64,000 nucleotides of DNA, taken from contig JBLDXI010000046.1 of NCBI GenBank assembly GCA_047495785.1, forward strand, positions 806,001-870,000. Reading direction: 5' to 3'. The translations under genes and the position numbers were made by a program. The first letter of the stretch is position 1; each line of letters starts with the position of its first letter. Source of the stretch: Lepidodermella squamata (taxonomy: Eukaryota > Animalia > Gastrotricha). This document shows positions 11,398-24,905 of the stretch, in pieces. The notes beneath the pieces are model-generated. The model had not been told where the DNA came from, did no database searches, and saw only the letters and a program-made list of their open reading frames with translations.

Positions 11398-14300
11398 ATG
11401 TTATTTTTTGCTCTAATTGCATTCGCATGTGCCGCCTCCTGTTCAGCAGATGAAGCAGCGGAGGAACCCGATATAAATGAGGTATGCTGATGACTTCGAA
11501 CTACGAATTTACTCTTTTCTTGTTTCCTTAAAAGATCAGGAACTTTATAAACCAAGCACGGCTGAAGGGATTAGCAAAATCCTATGCTGAGGTTTGTTCA
11601 CTTCGTATTCTCAAGTTGGCTGTTGCTTGACACCCCAATGCTATTTTCCAGAGCGATGTAGATGAAACTTCCCCGGAACTTATGACATCTGGCACTGTTA
11701 CAAAATGGACTCTACCCATACGCTTTTACCTCACGGCGAAATTGGGTACTTTTTTTGAAGCTTTTCCAGCATTTTCTGTAGTAGGCTATTTCATTGCGTA
11801 GAAAGGGACGCTGTTGCCAAGGCGAATGTACTTGCCGCTATCAAAATGTGGTCTGATCCGACTTGCGTCTCGTTCGAACAAGTGTTCACGCCTCCACTAA
11901 CGGGCAATGCGTTGACTTTCACTCGAGGCACAACGTAATACAGGAAATTTCATTAATCATATTTCGAAGGTTTTGATTTGTTCTTTTAGTGGTGAATGCT
12001 GGTCACAGATTGGCATGGTTGAAGATTACGCTCAAATGGTTCTTATCACAAATGAGTGTGCACATGTTAGCTAAACTCTGGACGATTAACGTATAAGAGA
12101 ACTACTGTTTTCCAACAGGATGTCGGACTTATAGCTCATGAGATTGGTCACGCTCTTGGCTTTGTAATTGCTCATACCTTCAGCTTACACGTTTCTAAAC
12201 TTTTCTCCCACAGCCTGACGAGCACCAGCGAGGCGACCGCGATAACTTCGTCAAGATCATCTCGGAAAGAATTATACCGTAACAGCGTACATGGTTAAAT
12301 TTATCATAAAATGTATTCAAATTTCAGAGGCCGCGCAGCCGCCAGTTTCGCCATCTCACCGGATGATAAGAGGAGCGATACAACTTACGACTTTGGCTCT
12401 GTGATGCATCCGCCCTTATCCTATCTGAGCGATGATGGTTCCCGTACTATCGAACCTATCGATAAGCACTACTTGGCCACTGTCACAGCTAATAAGACGC
12501 TGACCTACATCGACATTTACCGTGTACTTATGCTGTACTGTCCAAGTAAGCCAACTAACACTATATTCTAAGATAGGAGCAATAAGGGACATTTGAAGTT
12601 TAAACAACAAGAAAATGATGCATTAGGATGGGTTTCTTTAACAAAATTTCATAGCTACATTTAAGGTACCTGTTTAGCACGGGGGAACCCCCTTCCCAGC
12701 TTGCGAGCAGGTGGAGCAACGGAATAGCACAATTCGACCTTCAGATTATTGCAGGCAAGATCCAACCAGAGAATTGTTGTTTTTTTCCTAGACGCGTGTC
12801 AATCGAGCAGTGTGAAATGCGAGCTAGGTGTATTTGATCCTAAGAACTGCGACCGTTGTAGGTGCACTGAGGGCGCAACTGGCGTAACGTGTGAAGATGG
12901 GATATTTGATAGTCCTGCTGCTTGCGGTCCAACTTACATCACGGCTACCGGGTGCGAAACAAGTTACATCAATATTCCAGGCAACATTCCGGCTGGGACG
13001 ATTTGTTACTACTGGGCGTCAGTAACTAAAGTAAGGATAATATTTTTAGCCTACCAATAGTTTATCATGCCCTTATAACCATGATAAATTTTTCACCATT
13101 CGATAGATCTCGTGTCCGGTAAACTTTGCTGAAATTCTCGTTAGAATCGGAATTTTCGATTAGAATCGTTAGAATTCGGTGTTTTTGCCAAATCGCATGC
13201 AGCATTTTCACCACCAGTTTATCTGCTCGGATCCGATTCTAACGAGAATTACAGCTAAGTTAACCGCAGACCAGATCTATCGAATGGTGAAACCCGCTTC
13301 AAAAAAATCCTCATGGTTATTGTCCGCACTTTATTTCCAGCTATGATCTAAAGAACGCGTTCATCACAATCACTATTTTAGGTGGAAGGCGGCTTAGTGT
13401 TGAGCTTCGAATCGATTCCAATGCAAACCGAATCTGGAACTGATGAGGAATGCACCGGTGGTTCGTTCAATCATTTATTTGGCGTAATTTTTTACAGTCC
13501 GTTTTTTTAATTAAGATGAGTCATGTGACAATGGCGATTTCATCGAATTCCATTACAGCATAAGCCCGAAACTATTCACCACGGGCCCAAGGTAGGGCAA
13601 AGTTGATTTTTCGCATGAATTTTAACAAATCGCCGCAGAGCTTGCCGTTGCGGAGTAACAGCAGGCCGATTTTTCAAGGAAGATATTGGTGTCGCTCTGG
13701 TGAGGCTGGTTAAAAAAACCTCAGATACGTGGAAACCGTTCAGAATCGCCGTCTTTCCAACTTGTGGTGGTGTGAGTGCCAACGCGCTCAGCGAGGAGTG
13801 CTCCTTCGTCCCGAATAACTACGACTACATTGGCAAGAATAACCGCCTTCCTACCGGGGGCAAATGCGATTTATGGACCAATCAAAACTACTCACCGAAC
13901 GACTTCCCAGAAGCATCAATCGAGGCCGTCTCGAATTATTGCCGCAATCCTCGAGCAGAAAAGGCCGCGGCATTTTGTCCGCAATCAGGGACCCTAGATT
14001 CATGTCGAGATGTAGCCGTGTGCAGTAAGCTGGAATGATGCCATCTTTCAATACTACACGATGACTTTGTTTACATGTATAGCCGCTTACACTCGATGTG
14101 TTCCTGCTGACGACTCGATCGGGTACTGCGAGCTGCCAGGCCAATGCGCAATCAACGATCCGAAAGTTGAGGTAAAGAAATCCACCAGTCTCTGTGTAGC
14201 GAATTTAGAACCCAATGTTAACCCTTTCATGGCGGAATTAGTTATAAGCGGGAGAAACAATATTTGACAGCAATTCGAGATTTTGAAATCCGATTGTCGA

Positions 14301-15473
14301 ATTTCGAATCAAAATTTCAATCTCAGGTTGACTATTTTCAAATTGCTAGTATGTCCCGAACAAGAAAGATAACGCTGTCCTAATAGTCTCAAAACCTCGT
14401 AGCCAACATCGAAAAGCAATTTTCCTTAAATGGGCGAAAATTGAATTCGTCAAATTCAATTTTCTGCGAATTTTTAAAGTCGAAATTCCGAAATCGTCTT
14501 TCACGCCGTGAAAGGGTTAATAGCTTTTTGACAACGATGATATGCGGGGTGACTACAACTCCAGGGTGTCTAAAAGAAGGCATATCTCTCCGCACTGGAA
14601 ATTCGGTGAAAACGGATAAATAATCAATGTCTCGGCGGCTTGGTGATGGATGACCTGTTATGCGGGACTGTCACCAAACTGCACGAATTTTCACCTGTGA
14701 CCTAACGGTATACATTTCTAGCTAGATCTCATCACGCTGATGAACTTTTTCTTTGAGAGCGGCTTCGTAGCTATCACGGCTCTCGAGATAACCGCTCAGG
14801 TGTGACGCCAGGTTAGGTCACGTGACAAACTTGACACTGGAATTTCACCATAACTGTATATGATAAAATTATGGGGTTTTCGAATTTTCGCTCCCAAATG
14901 TTATCTCTATCGAAATAATGCGTGTCGATAGGGAAAGAAAAATAGACGATTTTTCTCGAAATTACCTATTTTTCTAATTGCTTAGCTGCAGCCGTTCGCT
15001 CCTACCCAAACCAGACTGATTTATCCGAGCCGCAATGACTGCTTCGCTGGTGTGAGTCATTTGACTTCGTTTTCACTCGAATTCTTGATGGCCTATTGTT
15101 TTAAGGGGGCTAAATGCTGCTACTCGAAATCAACTGGCGCATATGCTTACGGTGTTGTCGAGCGAGGCTGTGCCGATGGCTTCGCGACACTGATGACTTA
15201 CTCGAGCAATACTAATTTCTTCATCAACTACCAGTATGTCATCAGAACCTGCAAAGATGGGGTGCGATTTGAATCTATAGCAATTTCAAGCTATATGTAT
15301 TAAAATGTTGATAATAGGTGGCTTTGGAGCGTTGCCGCGATTCATCAAACAGCCTCAAAACATGCGCCCTAGAATCCCAGCCTTGTCCAGATGGCCTGGT
15401 GAAGCAGTCTAATAAAGTCATCTTTCCATCTTTTGCTACCTGCGTCGATCCCGCCATAGAGCACCCGAATTAA
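11398..15473 (+). CDS. Astacin-like metalloprotease A1 (SP-astacin-EGF-CUB-kringle-Cys-rich C-terminal domain), multi-exon
   Basis: SP MLFFALIAFACAASCSA. KWTLPIRFY, MWSDPTCVSFEQ, CWSQIG, HEIGHALGF|PDEHQRGDRD, YDFGSVMHP, EGF CELGVFDPKNCDRCRC, CUB-like exons, kringle NYCRNP. Stop TAA 15471-15473. Confidence 0.85.
13075..13320. mobile_element. Foldback/MITE-like insertion in an A1 intron
   Basis: Long imperfect inverted repeat (ataaccatga/tcatggttat, tttcaccattcgatagatct/agatctatcgaatggtgaaa, aattctcgttagaatcgga/tccgattctaacgagaatt). Absent from the paralogous A2 intron. Confidence 0.75.
14222..14516. mobile_element. piggyBac-like non-autonomous element (TTAA TSD)
   Basis: TTAA|CCCTTTCA...TGAAAGGG|TTAA. 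The paralogous A2 site ('aatgttaatagct', ~23420) has a single TTAA, i.e. an empty site. One more terminus of the same family lies at ~16251-16295. Confidence 0.85.
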
Positions 15474-16020
15474 ACCGAGCCGTGGGAAAGCTCGTGTGGT
15501 TGAGCCCATTTTCGGTGGCATGAACTAATTTTGGACAAAAGAATATTATATTATGCAAGCGTCTGTGTAATCAAATACGTCAAAAATCTATTATATTGCT
15601 GCTAAAATCGAACAATAAAATCGATATCAAATAAAAACCAGTGTTCAATTTCTCAAAATTTTGAAGTAAAATTTGAAACAAGAAAACTGGCGAATATATA
15701 TCATATGACCTGAAACAATAAGTGAAAACAATAGCTCACAAACGAATTCCTTTTTTCCTCGTCGGTATGTAATTTTTTTTTCTCGGTCAAGTCGTCGAAG
15801 AAACCCTTGACGCTCTCCCAAACATCGATAATTATATCGACTTGGCTAAGCCGTCAAGCTGAATGTGTGACCTATAAATTAAGCTTTAAGGCAAAAAATG
15901 CCCTGATGCTTGCCAGCAATTAGGTCAAATATTATGACTAATGCCCGCATTTGGCCCAGAAAACATGAACGGCTTTAGCAGCCAATTATCGGCCTCTTTA
16001 GAGTAATAAATAAATGTGAT

Positions 16021-16097
16021 GGCAACATGGTGCAGTTGCTATTAAACCGGCCAGTTCAACAGGCGGACGAGGTTCGAGCCCCGTCAAAGTTGGCCAT
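16021..16097 (+). other. tRNA-derived (SINE-like) sequence
   Basis: B-box GGTTCGAGCCC, GGCAAC/GTTGGCC acceptor-like pairing, followed by a T run; no clean cloverleaf. Confidence 0.35.
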
Positions 16098-16329
16098 TTT
16101 TTTCAGTGGCCTCTTTGATCAGATATTACATACGAGGAAAAAAGAAATCAGCTTGTGAGCTGGTATGCGATTTCTTTCTGCAAAAAACTTATTGCTTATT
16201 ACCAAAAAAATTACGTCACGAGTATTTGCGCACTCCTTAAGAAATGCGCGTTAACCCTTTCACGGCGGGAAGGACGATTTCGGAATTCGGAATAAATCGA
16301 CCTTCTTATTTAAGTGAACAAGTGAACAC

Positions 16330-16921
16330 ACAATCTTGTTGCGATTTGTCGAAAATACAGAACAGTTTTCACATGGTAAGCCGAGTTTGTAGTCGCCCAA
16401 AATCCGCCACGTTAATGTACACATTTTCGAAGAAGGCCTTGTTTTTTTCAAATGGAATACAGACTGGTAAACCGATTAGACATGAACAGTAAAAATTAGC
16501 GGCATAGTGAAATTTGATTTCCCAAGCTCGAAAAAATTGTCCTTGATATTGCCGCCATGCAGTATCCACATCAATTTCGCCCGAGACTTGGCCACATTTT
16601 AGTTTTAATTGATTTCGTTAACTTTTTGTTTTAAATTTCGCATTCACGCGGCAATACTTTGAGATAGCAGCCAGTCAAAAACCGAAGATTCGATTTTTGG
16701 CCATGGCAAGGTGAAGAGCCTTGCAAACGGTCCCCAAAATTTCGAAACGAAATGATATCGATCGGTTGGATAAAAAATAGTTCTTTTTCGCACGCTTGAT
16801 GATGTTTACCTGTTGTTTCCAGGCTAAAATAATATGCAATCTGCGACACGAGTAAAAAGAAGTAAACAAACCGTGAGGCGCGTGAGGCTAATAATAATAT
16901 TAATAAAATCGATCGAGCGCA
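16330..16921 (-). pseudogene. Fucosyltransferase-like pseudogene remnant 1
   Basis: FGDRLQGS and KNKAFFENV match FGDRLRGS and NNKAFFKNL of the 5675-7852 gene. TM-like N-terminus; frameshifts. Confidence 0.6.
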
Positions 16922-17844
16922 AAGTCTTCGCTTTTATACTATATTACCCGCTCGGACTTTACTTGGCTTTTATTAGGCCGCACTTTCCGCGCAAAAAAGC
17001 TTCTGAATTACAAGCATTTTTCTACAATTTTACAGAATTTTTCCAAAAAATTTTCCTGATTTTCAGCGAAAATTCAATTTTTATATAATATTCATCGTGC
17101 ATTTAACGGCATTCGTATATCATTATTTGTTGACCGCCGTGTACTTACCCTGTTAAACACTATTTGATGGTGCCAACACGTGTATATCAGCACGAAGAAG
17201 CATATACTATTACTACAACGAAGCTTTGTGTGCAATTATACAAGCTGGAATTTTTATAATAATGACGTTTCACAGTTTTGAAAAACCACTCGCGAGACTG
17301 TATTAGGCCTATATTTCAGCATATTAACAACGCTGAAAATTGCATTGTCATCATTGCCATCTTCCAGATCCGCTGGAATTATTGTTCTCAATATTTTTCC
17401 GGGTAATAACGGGGTTAAATTAGGAAATTATAGGTTAATAAAACGGTTTTTCCAGTCATTTTTGTGTTGATTATTTTATTTTATTTTGCGAAATATCGCC
17501 GGCAAATTATAGTGCTGAGTACTTCTTTTCGGTTCATTTATCAGTTGTATTAGGAATACTCATATAAACAGGATAGGATACGTACCGCATAGCCATATTT
17601 ATACATAGGAATCTTAAGACGAGCAAAAGCTATATATTAGGACTAAGGCTGTATATTTTTTAAATTTGAAAATTTATATAAAAATGACCTCGATTTGGAC
17701 ATCAATATTGTTGTCTCCCCGATCTTAAAAAATCGTCTTAAATTTAAATTTTTTTAAAATTTATCAAAATTAATTCAAAATCCGTCGAAATTAGAACGCG
17801 TTATTTTTAACAATTTCTAATTTCTAATTTTAAATAATTTCCAG

Positions 17845-18477
17845 GTCAAATGTTGCGACTATGCGTTTTCTTTCGATGTGGACGTCATTTTCGCCGGGCA
17901 AGTTGGCCCGGAAATTCTCGGCGAGCTCGTCGCTATTCAACACAACGGATTTGTCGAGAAGCATAACCGATCAACGTACCCTTACGAATCGAGCCTGACG
18001 TCATCTTGCGCCTACGTAGCGCCAGATGAGGGCTATGAGTATTTCACCGGGGCTGTTTACGGCGGCCGGTGGGACCACGTCGAGGCGCTGTGGCGGTGGA
18101 TGGCCAGGTGTTCGCATCGCGATTTGGACGAAGGCACGTGGCCGATTTGGCACGATGAGAGCTATCTGAATCGGTATTTGATCGACCATCCGCCGACGGT
18201 TATTCTCAGCCCATCCTACTACTGCGGCGAAAGTAATTACATCGAGCTTTTATTATCAGAAAAAGGGTTCCAAGTTGGTACTCCAACATTGAGGTTCCAG
18301 GGCAAACTTTTCCTAAAATAAGATTTTTTAGCTTCGGATCCTATACAATGGAAATATGTATATAGAATGTTGGACTTTATTTTTTTTGTCATTTTCGCAG
18401 ATAACTGTGTATGGCCTTACGACCGGAAAATAATTTGCCTGGACAAGGACTACGGAACGATACGAAATGACCCATGA
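17845..18477 (+). pseudogene. Duplicated GT6 exons 2-3 lacking exon 1 (orphan 3' half, ORF and splice sites intact)
   Basis: Near-identical to 8854-9483 (DVD instead of DID, WHDESYLNRY, KIICLDKDYGTIRNDP*). The duplication breakpoint lies in intron 1. Confidence 0.75.
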
Positions 18478-20050
18478 AAGAACAATCGTTGCTAACTATT
18501 TTTCATGGTTTCTCTTTGAGAGCACCTGTTTTGACTGCTTGATGTTAAAATAAATTAAAAAATAAAAGAAAAAATGGATTTTTTTCCTCATTCATAAAAG
18601 GGCGCCTCATTGATGCGAGCGATGTTTTTCCTCGAAATTAGTGGAAATAATGATTGAAATTCGCACCGTGATTTTTCACCAGTAAAGTTTTAACCTGATT
18701 TGAACCTTTGTTGGAAAAATCAGCGAATTCATGAACAAACACGAGGAAAAATAAAATCATAGAAAAATGATCGATTTCTTATAATTTCATTCATAATTAT
18801 AAAAGCGTATTTTTTCACCTCGAATTGTATCAAACTTCCATTTTTTAGCACGCGATCAGCCTTGAGCAGTATTTTTAACTTTCAATTTTAGCAGCATCAT
18901 GTCGTAGCGTTCGACATTTCATCCATAAGACGCGACACGACTATCAGCCGGTGATTTATGATATAAAATCTATTTTTGTACCTAACCTTTCTTCTTGCAC
19001 ACGCTGTTCTCGACTTGTGTATAGCTTCAAGAATCTTACCACGAAACTTGACCAAGGCCTCATATGTTCAATAATCTACCCCTTCATTTCCATCGCCCAA
19101 TTCGCCCAATCAATATTACTTACCCTACTTCAATCCTGCCCCCGATGCCATTTTTACCCCTGAACCCTGACCCTGAACTCCTTAACCTGAACCCTTTAAC
19201 CTGGACCCTTTTATCTGAACCCTATGAATCAGGAGTAAATTATGTTGTAGTAATTTCGTCTGAAACCGAATCAGACTGAACGGACTTGAAGAATTATCGG
19301 CTAACTTTTGACCCCATGAAATATTCCAGAAAAAACTAAGATCTTCTGCGATTGAATCATAACTTTAATCCTAGAGTTTTGGACCCCAAGATCGACCAGC
19401 CGAGCATCTAGCCTGGTCCAAAGTCCAGAAACTTTCATGCTCAAGGACTTAACTCTCTTAAACCATCATGTCAACAAGTAGCTGCCAGAAAAATAGGTCG
19501 CTGCCACGCGCCAACAAAACCGCCTCTTCGCGTGCGGTAAATAAGCCGTAAATAAGCTGGCACGTGCGATGAGCAAATCAAATTGGGTGCTCACTGAAAA
19601 TCTTCATTCACAACCTGGTCAAGTAACGATTAATATGTTCGCGAATCAATGTCAGGGTTCTAGCACAAAAATGTGATCGAGCTATTCAAAAGTCTGCATC
19701 ATTTATCACACGCGATGGTTTCAAGTTGAAAAAGTAGAGGCTATATCCAAGATTACCCGAACTTACCCACTAGCTCGAGGATTCCACTTCCCAATTTCAT
19801 AAGACTTGAGGAAAATACTAAAGACCACACCATAGAGAGCATTCCCTGTGGAGAAGACTTTCATCCATTGAAATGTGCAGCCTTAAAGCCCTGCTCTTCT
19901 GAATCCTTGTAATTGTAAGCGCAACGCCATTGGATGCAAATCGAAACGCAAGTCTTTAAAATTGTAGCTTTGACGCAATTGTCATCGTGCTCTAAACTTG
20001 GGACATCGTCATTGCCGAATGAAACATTTTTATGTTCTATTGCTGTAGTA

Positions 20051-23000
20051 ATGATATTCTTTGCTATAATTGCATTCACATGTGCTGCCTCCTGTTCAGC
20101 AGATGAAGCAGTGGAGGAACTCAATATTAATGAGGTATGTTGATGAATTTCAACTATGAGTTAAATTTAATCTTGTTTCCTTAAAAGATCAGGAACTTCA
20201 TAAACCAAGCACGGCTAAAGGGTTTAGCAAAATCTAATGCCGAAGTTTGTTCTCTGCGTTTTCTCAAGTTGGATTTTGCTTGACACCAGAATGCTATTTT
20301 CTAGAGCGATGTAGATGAAACGTCCCCGGAACTTATGACATCTGGCACTGTTACAAAATGGACTCTACCTATACGCTTTTACTTCACAGCGAAATTGGGC
20401 AATTTTTGAAGCTATTTCTGCATACTCAGTAATAGTAATTTGCGTTTGTAGAAGCAGATGCTGATGTCAAGGCGAATGTACTAGCCGCCATCAAAATGTG
20501 GTCTGATCCAACTTGCGTCTCGTTCGAACAAGTGTTTACGCCTCCCGAAACGGGCAATGCTTTGACTTTCACTCGAGGCACATCGTATGAAAGAAAAATG
20601 CATTAACCATAGCAGATTTCGAAGGTTTTTATGTCTGCTATATAGTGGCGAATGCTGGTCAAAGATTGGCATGGTTGAAGATTACGCTCAAATGGTTCTT
20701 ATCACAAATGCGTGTGCATATGTTAGCTAAACTCTGGGCCACTAACGTATGAGAGAACTACTGTTTTCTAACAGGATGTCGGACTTATAGCTCATGAGAT
20801 TGGTCATGCTCTCGGCTTTGTAATATCTTATACCTTCTGCTTGTACGCTTTTCAACTTTTCTTCCACAGCCTGACGAACACCGGCGAGGCGACCGCGATA
20901 ACTTTGTGAAGATCAACTGGGAAAACGTTCAACAGTATAACACCGTAAATGGTGCAATTTATAGGAAAATATATTATTCTCATTTCAGAAGCCGCGCTGC
21001 AAGTTTTGACATCTCGCCAGATGATAAGAGGAGCGATACAACTTACGACTTTGGCTCTATGATGCATCCGCCCTTATCCTATCTGAGCAGAGATGGTTCC
21101 CGTACTATCGAACCTATCGATAAGCACTACTTGTCCACTGTCACAGCTAATAAGACGCTGAGCTACATCGACGTTTACCGCGTGCTTTCGCTGTATTGTC
21201 CAAGTAAGCCAACTAATAACCTACTAACATTATATTACAAGATGCAGTACCGATGGGGGTAATAAAGGACATATGGAGCTAAAAACAAGTTGAAAATTGA
21301 AGGTTAGATTTCCAATGGGAGAAAGGTGAACCGATACCGCCGAGGCCAGTCTATGATGACCTCTATAAGTGGATAGCGCCTGAGAAAATTTAGGTAAGTG
21401 GTGGGGAAACCTTGGCTAAATGCGGTTGAAAGGACGGAAACAAAAAATGAATCATTTTCATGGTGGATTATGACTGTTTACAAGGCAGCGTTAGGAACAG
21501 GTCCGGTCGACCGTTCCCGGTCCGTTCCCGTTCTAGGTCCGGTATCGGTCTCAAAAACGCCATCGGTAGACTGGGAAAAGTTCAAGTTTAAACTTAGCAG
21601 GGTGGGCGTGGAAAAATGGAAAAATCAGATTTTGTTGTTTTCGTGATTTTCCTGACTGTCAGCATTAGTGCGGCAGTCAAAAGTATCGAATGCGGTTGGG
21701 CTGGTTCATGACCTCCTAACATTTTACTGAGTCTTAGAAGCCTCCCTACATCCCTACTAGAAGCCTTGATCATATTTTTAGGCGAGTTGGGAAATTTTAT
21801 GCGTTTGGTGTCATGTTTTCTCTATTTTCATGCGATTTAAAAATGGCAGTTCTAAAACCGGAGTTCCCGTCCCGGTCCAGTTTGACTTCCATCGTTCGCA
21901 GGTTAGGTATATATCGATCTGCAAAACCTTACCCGTTTCCAACACTGTTTCAAGGCTCCTTTTGAATATAAATCATCCTTGGATTAGAAGAAAAGTTATT
22001 GGATCTAAGGCACCTTTAAGGTAATGGGGTATCCCCTGCCTCTGAAAAGCCGAAACCAAGACTGAGGGGACCGACATTTTTAGGCCGAAAATAACTGTAA
22101 GTACCACCCAGCCGGAGGACCCTAATTTGCACGCTGCCGGTTACTGGGTTTTTAGCAGCAAGTAAATTGAAAGCTAGGATAGCTTCAAGATGGCCAAACT
22201 AGGAAATATTTTCTTAATATTAGTAGGATCCGGGTTTCAGATTGTTGCAAGCTAGACCCAACCAGAAAAGCACGCTTTGGTTTCCGCTGTTGATTTTTCT
22301 TATAGACGCGTGTCCATCGAGCGGCGTCAGATGCCAACTGGGCGTATTCGATCCCAAGAACTGCAGCCGTTGTAGGTGCGTCGAGGGCGCAATTGGCGCA
22401 GCGTGTGACGACGGAATATATGATAGTCCTGCTGCATGTGGTCAAACTTATATCCAGGCTAGCCCGTGCGAAACAAGTTACATCAATATCCCAGGCAATA
22501 TTCCGGCTGGGACAACTTGTTTCTACTGGGCTGTAAAGGTTGTTTTCGGGCAATGATCTCATGAATAAGTTCATCAATTCACCTCGCACTTTTACAGGGT
22601 GAGGACGGCGGCTTCGTGCTCGGCTTCGATTCGATCCCAATGCAACCCGAATCTGAAGCTGATCCGGGCTGCAGCGATGGTTCGTTCAGTCATTTATTTT
22701 AAAGAATTTCTGCAGCGCGGTTTTATGAATTTAGATGAATCATGTGACAATGGCGATTACATCGAATTCCAATACAGCGTAAGCCCGAGAATATTCACCA
22801 CTGGACCAAGGTAGGAAATACTCGATTCATCGATAAATTTGAAACCTTTGTCGCAGAGCTTGCCGTTGCGGAGTAACAGCGGGACGTTTTTTTAAGGAAG
22901 ATTATATAAATGTCGCTCTGGTGAGACTGGTTAAGAAAACCGCGGATACGTGGAAACCGTTCAGAATCGCCGTCTTCCCAACATGCGGTGGCGTGAGTGT

Positions 23001-24392
23001 CAACGCGTTAAGCGAGGAATGCTCCTTCGTCCCGAATAACTACGACTACATTGGCAAAATGCACCAACTTGACTCGGGGGCTCCTTGCAATCCATGGACC
23101 AATCAAAATTACTCACCTAACGACTTCCCAGAAGCATCAATCGCAGCTGTCTCAAATTATTGCCGCAACCCTCGAGCAGATAAGGCCAGAGCATTTTGTC
23201 CGAGATCAGGTCAATTGATGTTTTGTGGACATGTAGACGAGTGCAGTAAGGCTGAATGGCATCTTTCAATGATACACGATGAATTTGATTCCATGTATAG
23301 CCGCTTATACTCGTTGTGTTCCTGCTGACGACTCAACTGGATACTGCGAGCTGCCAGGCCAATGTGCCATCAACGATCCGAAAGTCGAGGTAAAGAAATC
23401 CAGCAGTTTCTGTGCAGCGAATGTTAATAGCTATTTCGACAACCCTATGCAGGGTGACTACAACCCCAGGGTGTCTAAAAGAAGGCATATCTCCGCACAA
23501 GGGAAACTCGCGGTGAAAACGGATAAATAACCAGTGTCTCGGCGGCTTGGTGATGACCTGTTATACGGGACTGTCACCAAACTGCACTGAATCGAATTTG
23601 CACGAATTTACACCTGTGACCTAACGGAATACATTTCTAGTTAAATCTCATCGCGCTGATGAACTTATTCTTTGAGAGCGGCTTCCCAGCTATCACCGTT
23701 GTAGAGATAACCGCTCAGGTGTGACGCCAGGTTAGGTCACGTGACCAACTTTACACTGTAATTTCTCCGTAACCGTAAGTAATAAAAATATGGGGTTTTC
23801 GAATTCTCGCTCCCCATTTTTTCTCTATCGGTGTAGTGCGTGTCAATTTGTAGGTCATTTTCTCATAATTACCTGATTTTTTAATTGCTTATAGCTGCAG
23901 CCGTTCGCTCCTACCCAAACCAGATTGATTTATCCGAGCCGCGATGATTGTTTTGCTGGAGTGAGTCATTTTGACTTTGTTTTCTCGGAACCTATAATAT
24001 GGCTCATTCTTTTAAGGGGGCTAAATGCTGCTACTCGAAATCAACTGGCGCTTATGCTTACGGTGTTGTCGAGCGAAACTGTGCCAATGGCTTCGAGGCA
24101 ATGTTGTCTTACTCGAGTGATGAGAATTTCTTCGTCAACTACCAGTATATCATCAGAACCTGCAAAGATGGGGTGCGATTTAAGTACATGATATTTATTT
24201 GAATTTAATGAATTTATTTGATAGGTGGCTTTGGAGCGTTGCCGCGATTCGTCAAACAGCCTCAAAACATGCGCATTAGAATCTGAATCTTGTCCAGCTG
24301 GGCTGACGAAGCAGGCTAATAAAGTCATCTTTTCATCTTTTGCAATGTGCGTCGATCCCGCCGTAGAGCAGCCGCCTTACACCGAACCTTAG
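20051..24392 (+). CDS. Astacin-like metalloprotease A2 (long form), multi-exon
   Basis: Paralogue of A1: HEIGHALGF|PDEHRRGDRD, YDFGSMMHP, EGF, CUB, kringle NYCRNP, C-terminal Cys domain. Stop TAG 24390-24392. Confidence 0.8.
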
Positions 24393-24602
24393 AAAATCCT
24401 GTGGTCGAGGTCAATTTTCGACGGCATGAACTAATTTTGGACAAAAGAATATGATGGTCAATGTATTTATTTAAGTAAAAATATATTTTCGACTCGCGTG
24501 AAATTATATTTCTAAGCTCAAAATAAAAACTGGTCTTCAAAGTCTCAAAAAGCCAATTTTAATTTCGAGACTTTGGCCACATTTTCGTTGTAATCAATTT
24601 CG

Positions 24603-24905
24603 TTAATTTTTAAAAACTTTTGAGATATCTGCAGATATTTGAGACGATGGCAGCCTTTCAAAAGTCGAAGATTCAATTTGTGGCAAGGTAAAAAGCCATA
24701 GCAGAGCCTTGCAACCAGTCTTCAAAAATTTGAAACGAAATAAAATTGATTGCATTTTCGCACGCTTAATGATGTTTACCCGTTGTTTACCTGTTGTTCT
24801 TACGCTAAAATTAATATGCAATCTGCGACACGAGAAAAGAAGTAAACAAAGCACAAGGCACGTGAGGCTAATATTATTAATAAAATCGATCGAGCGCAAA
24901 GTCTT
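24603..24905 (-). pseudogene. Fucosyltransferase-like pseudogene remnant 2
   Basis: An alternative frame reads FEDWLQGSAMAFYLATN (cf. FGDRLRGSVLAFYLAMATN); hydrophobic N-terminus LTCLVLCLLLFSC. Confidence 0.6.

Noticed and set aside
19150-19225. Telomere-like CCCTGAA repeats
   Set aside because: Short, irregular and inside an insertion specific to one duplicate; insufficient evidence.
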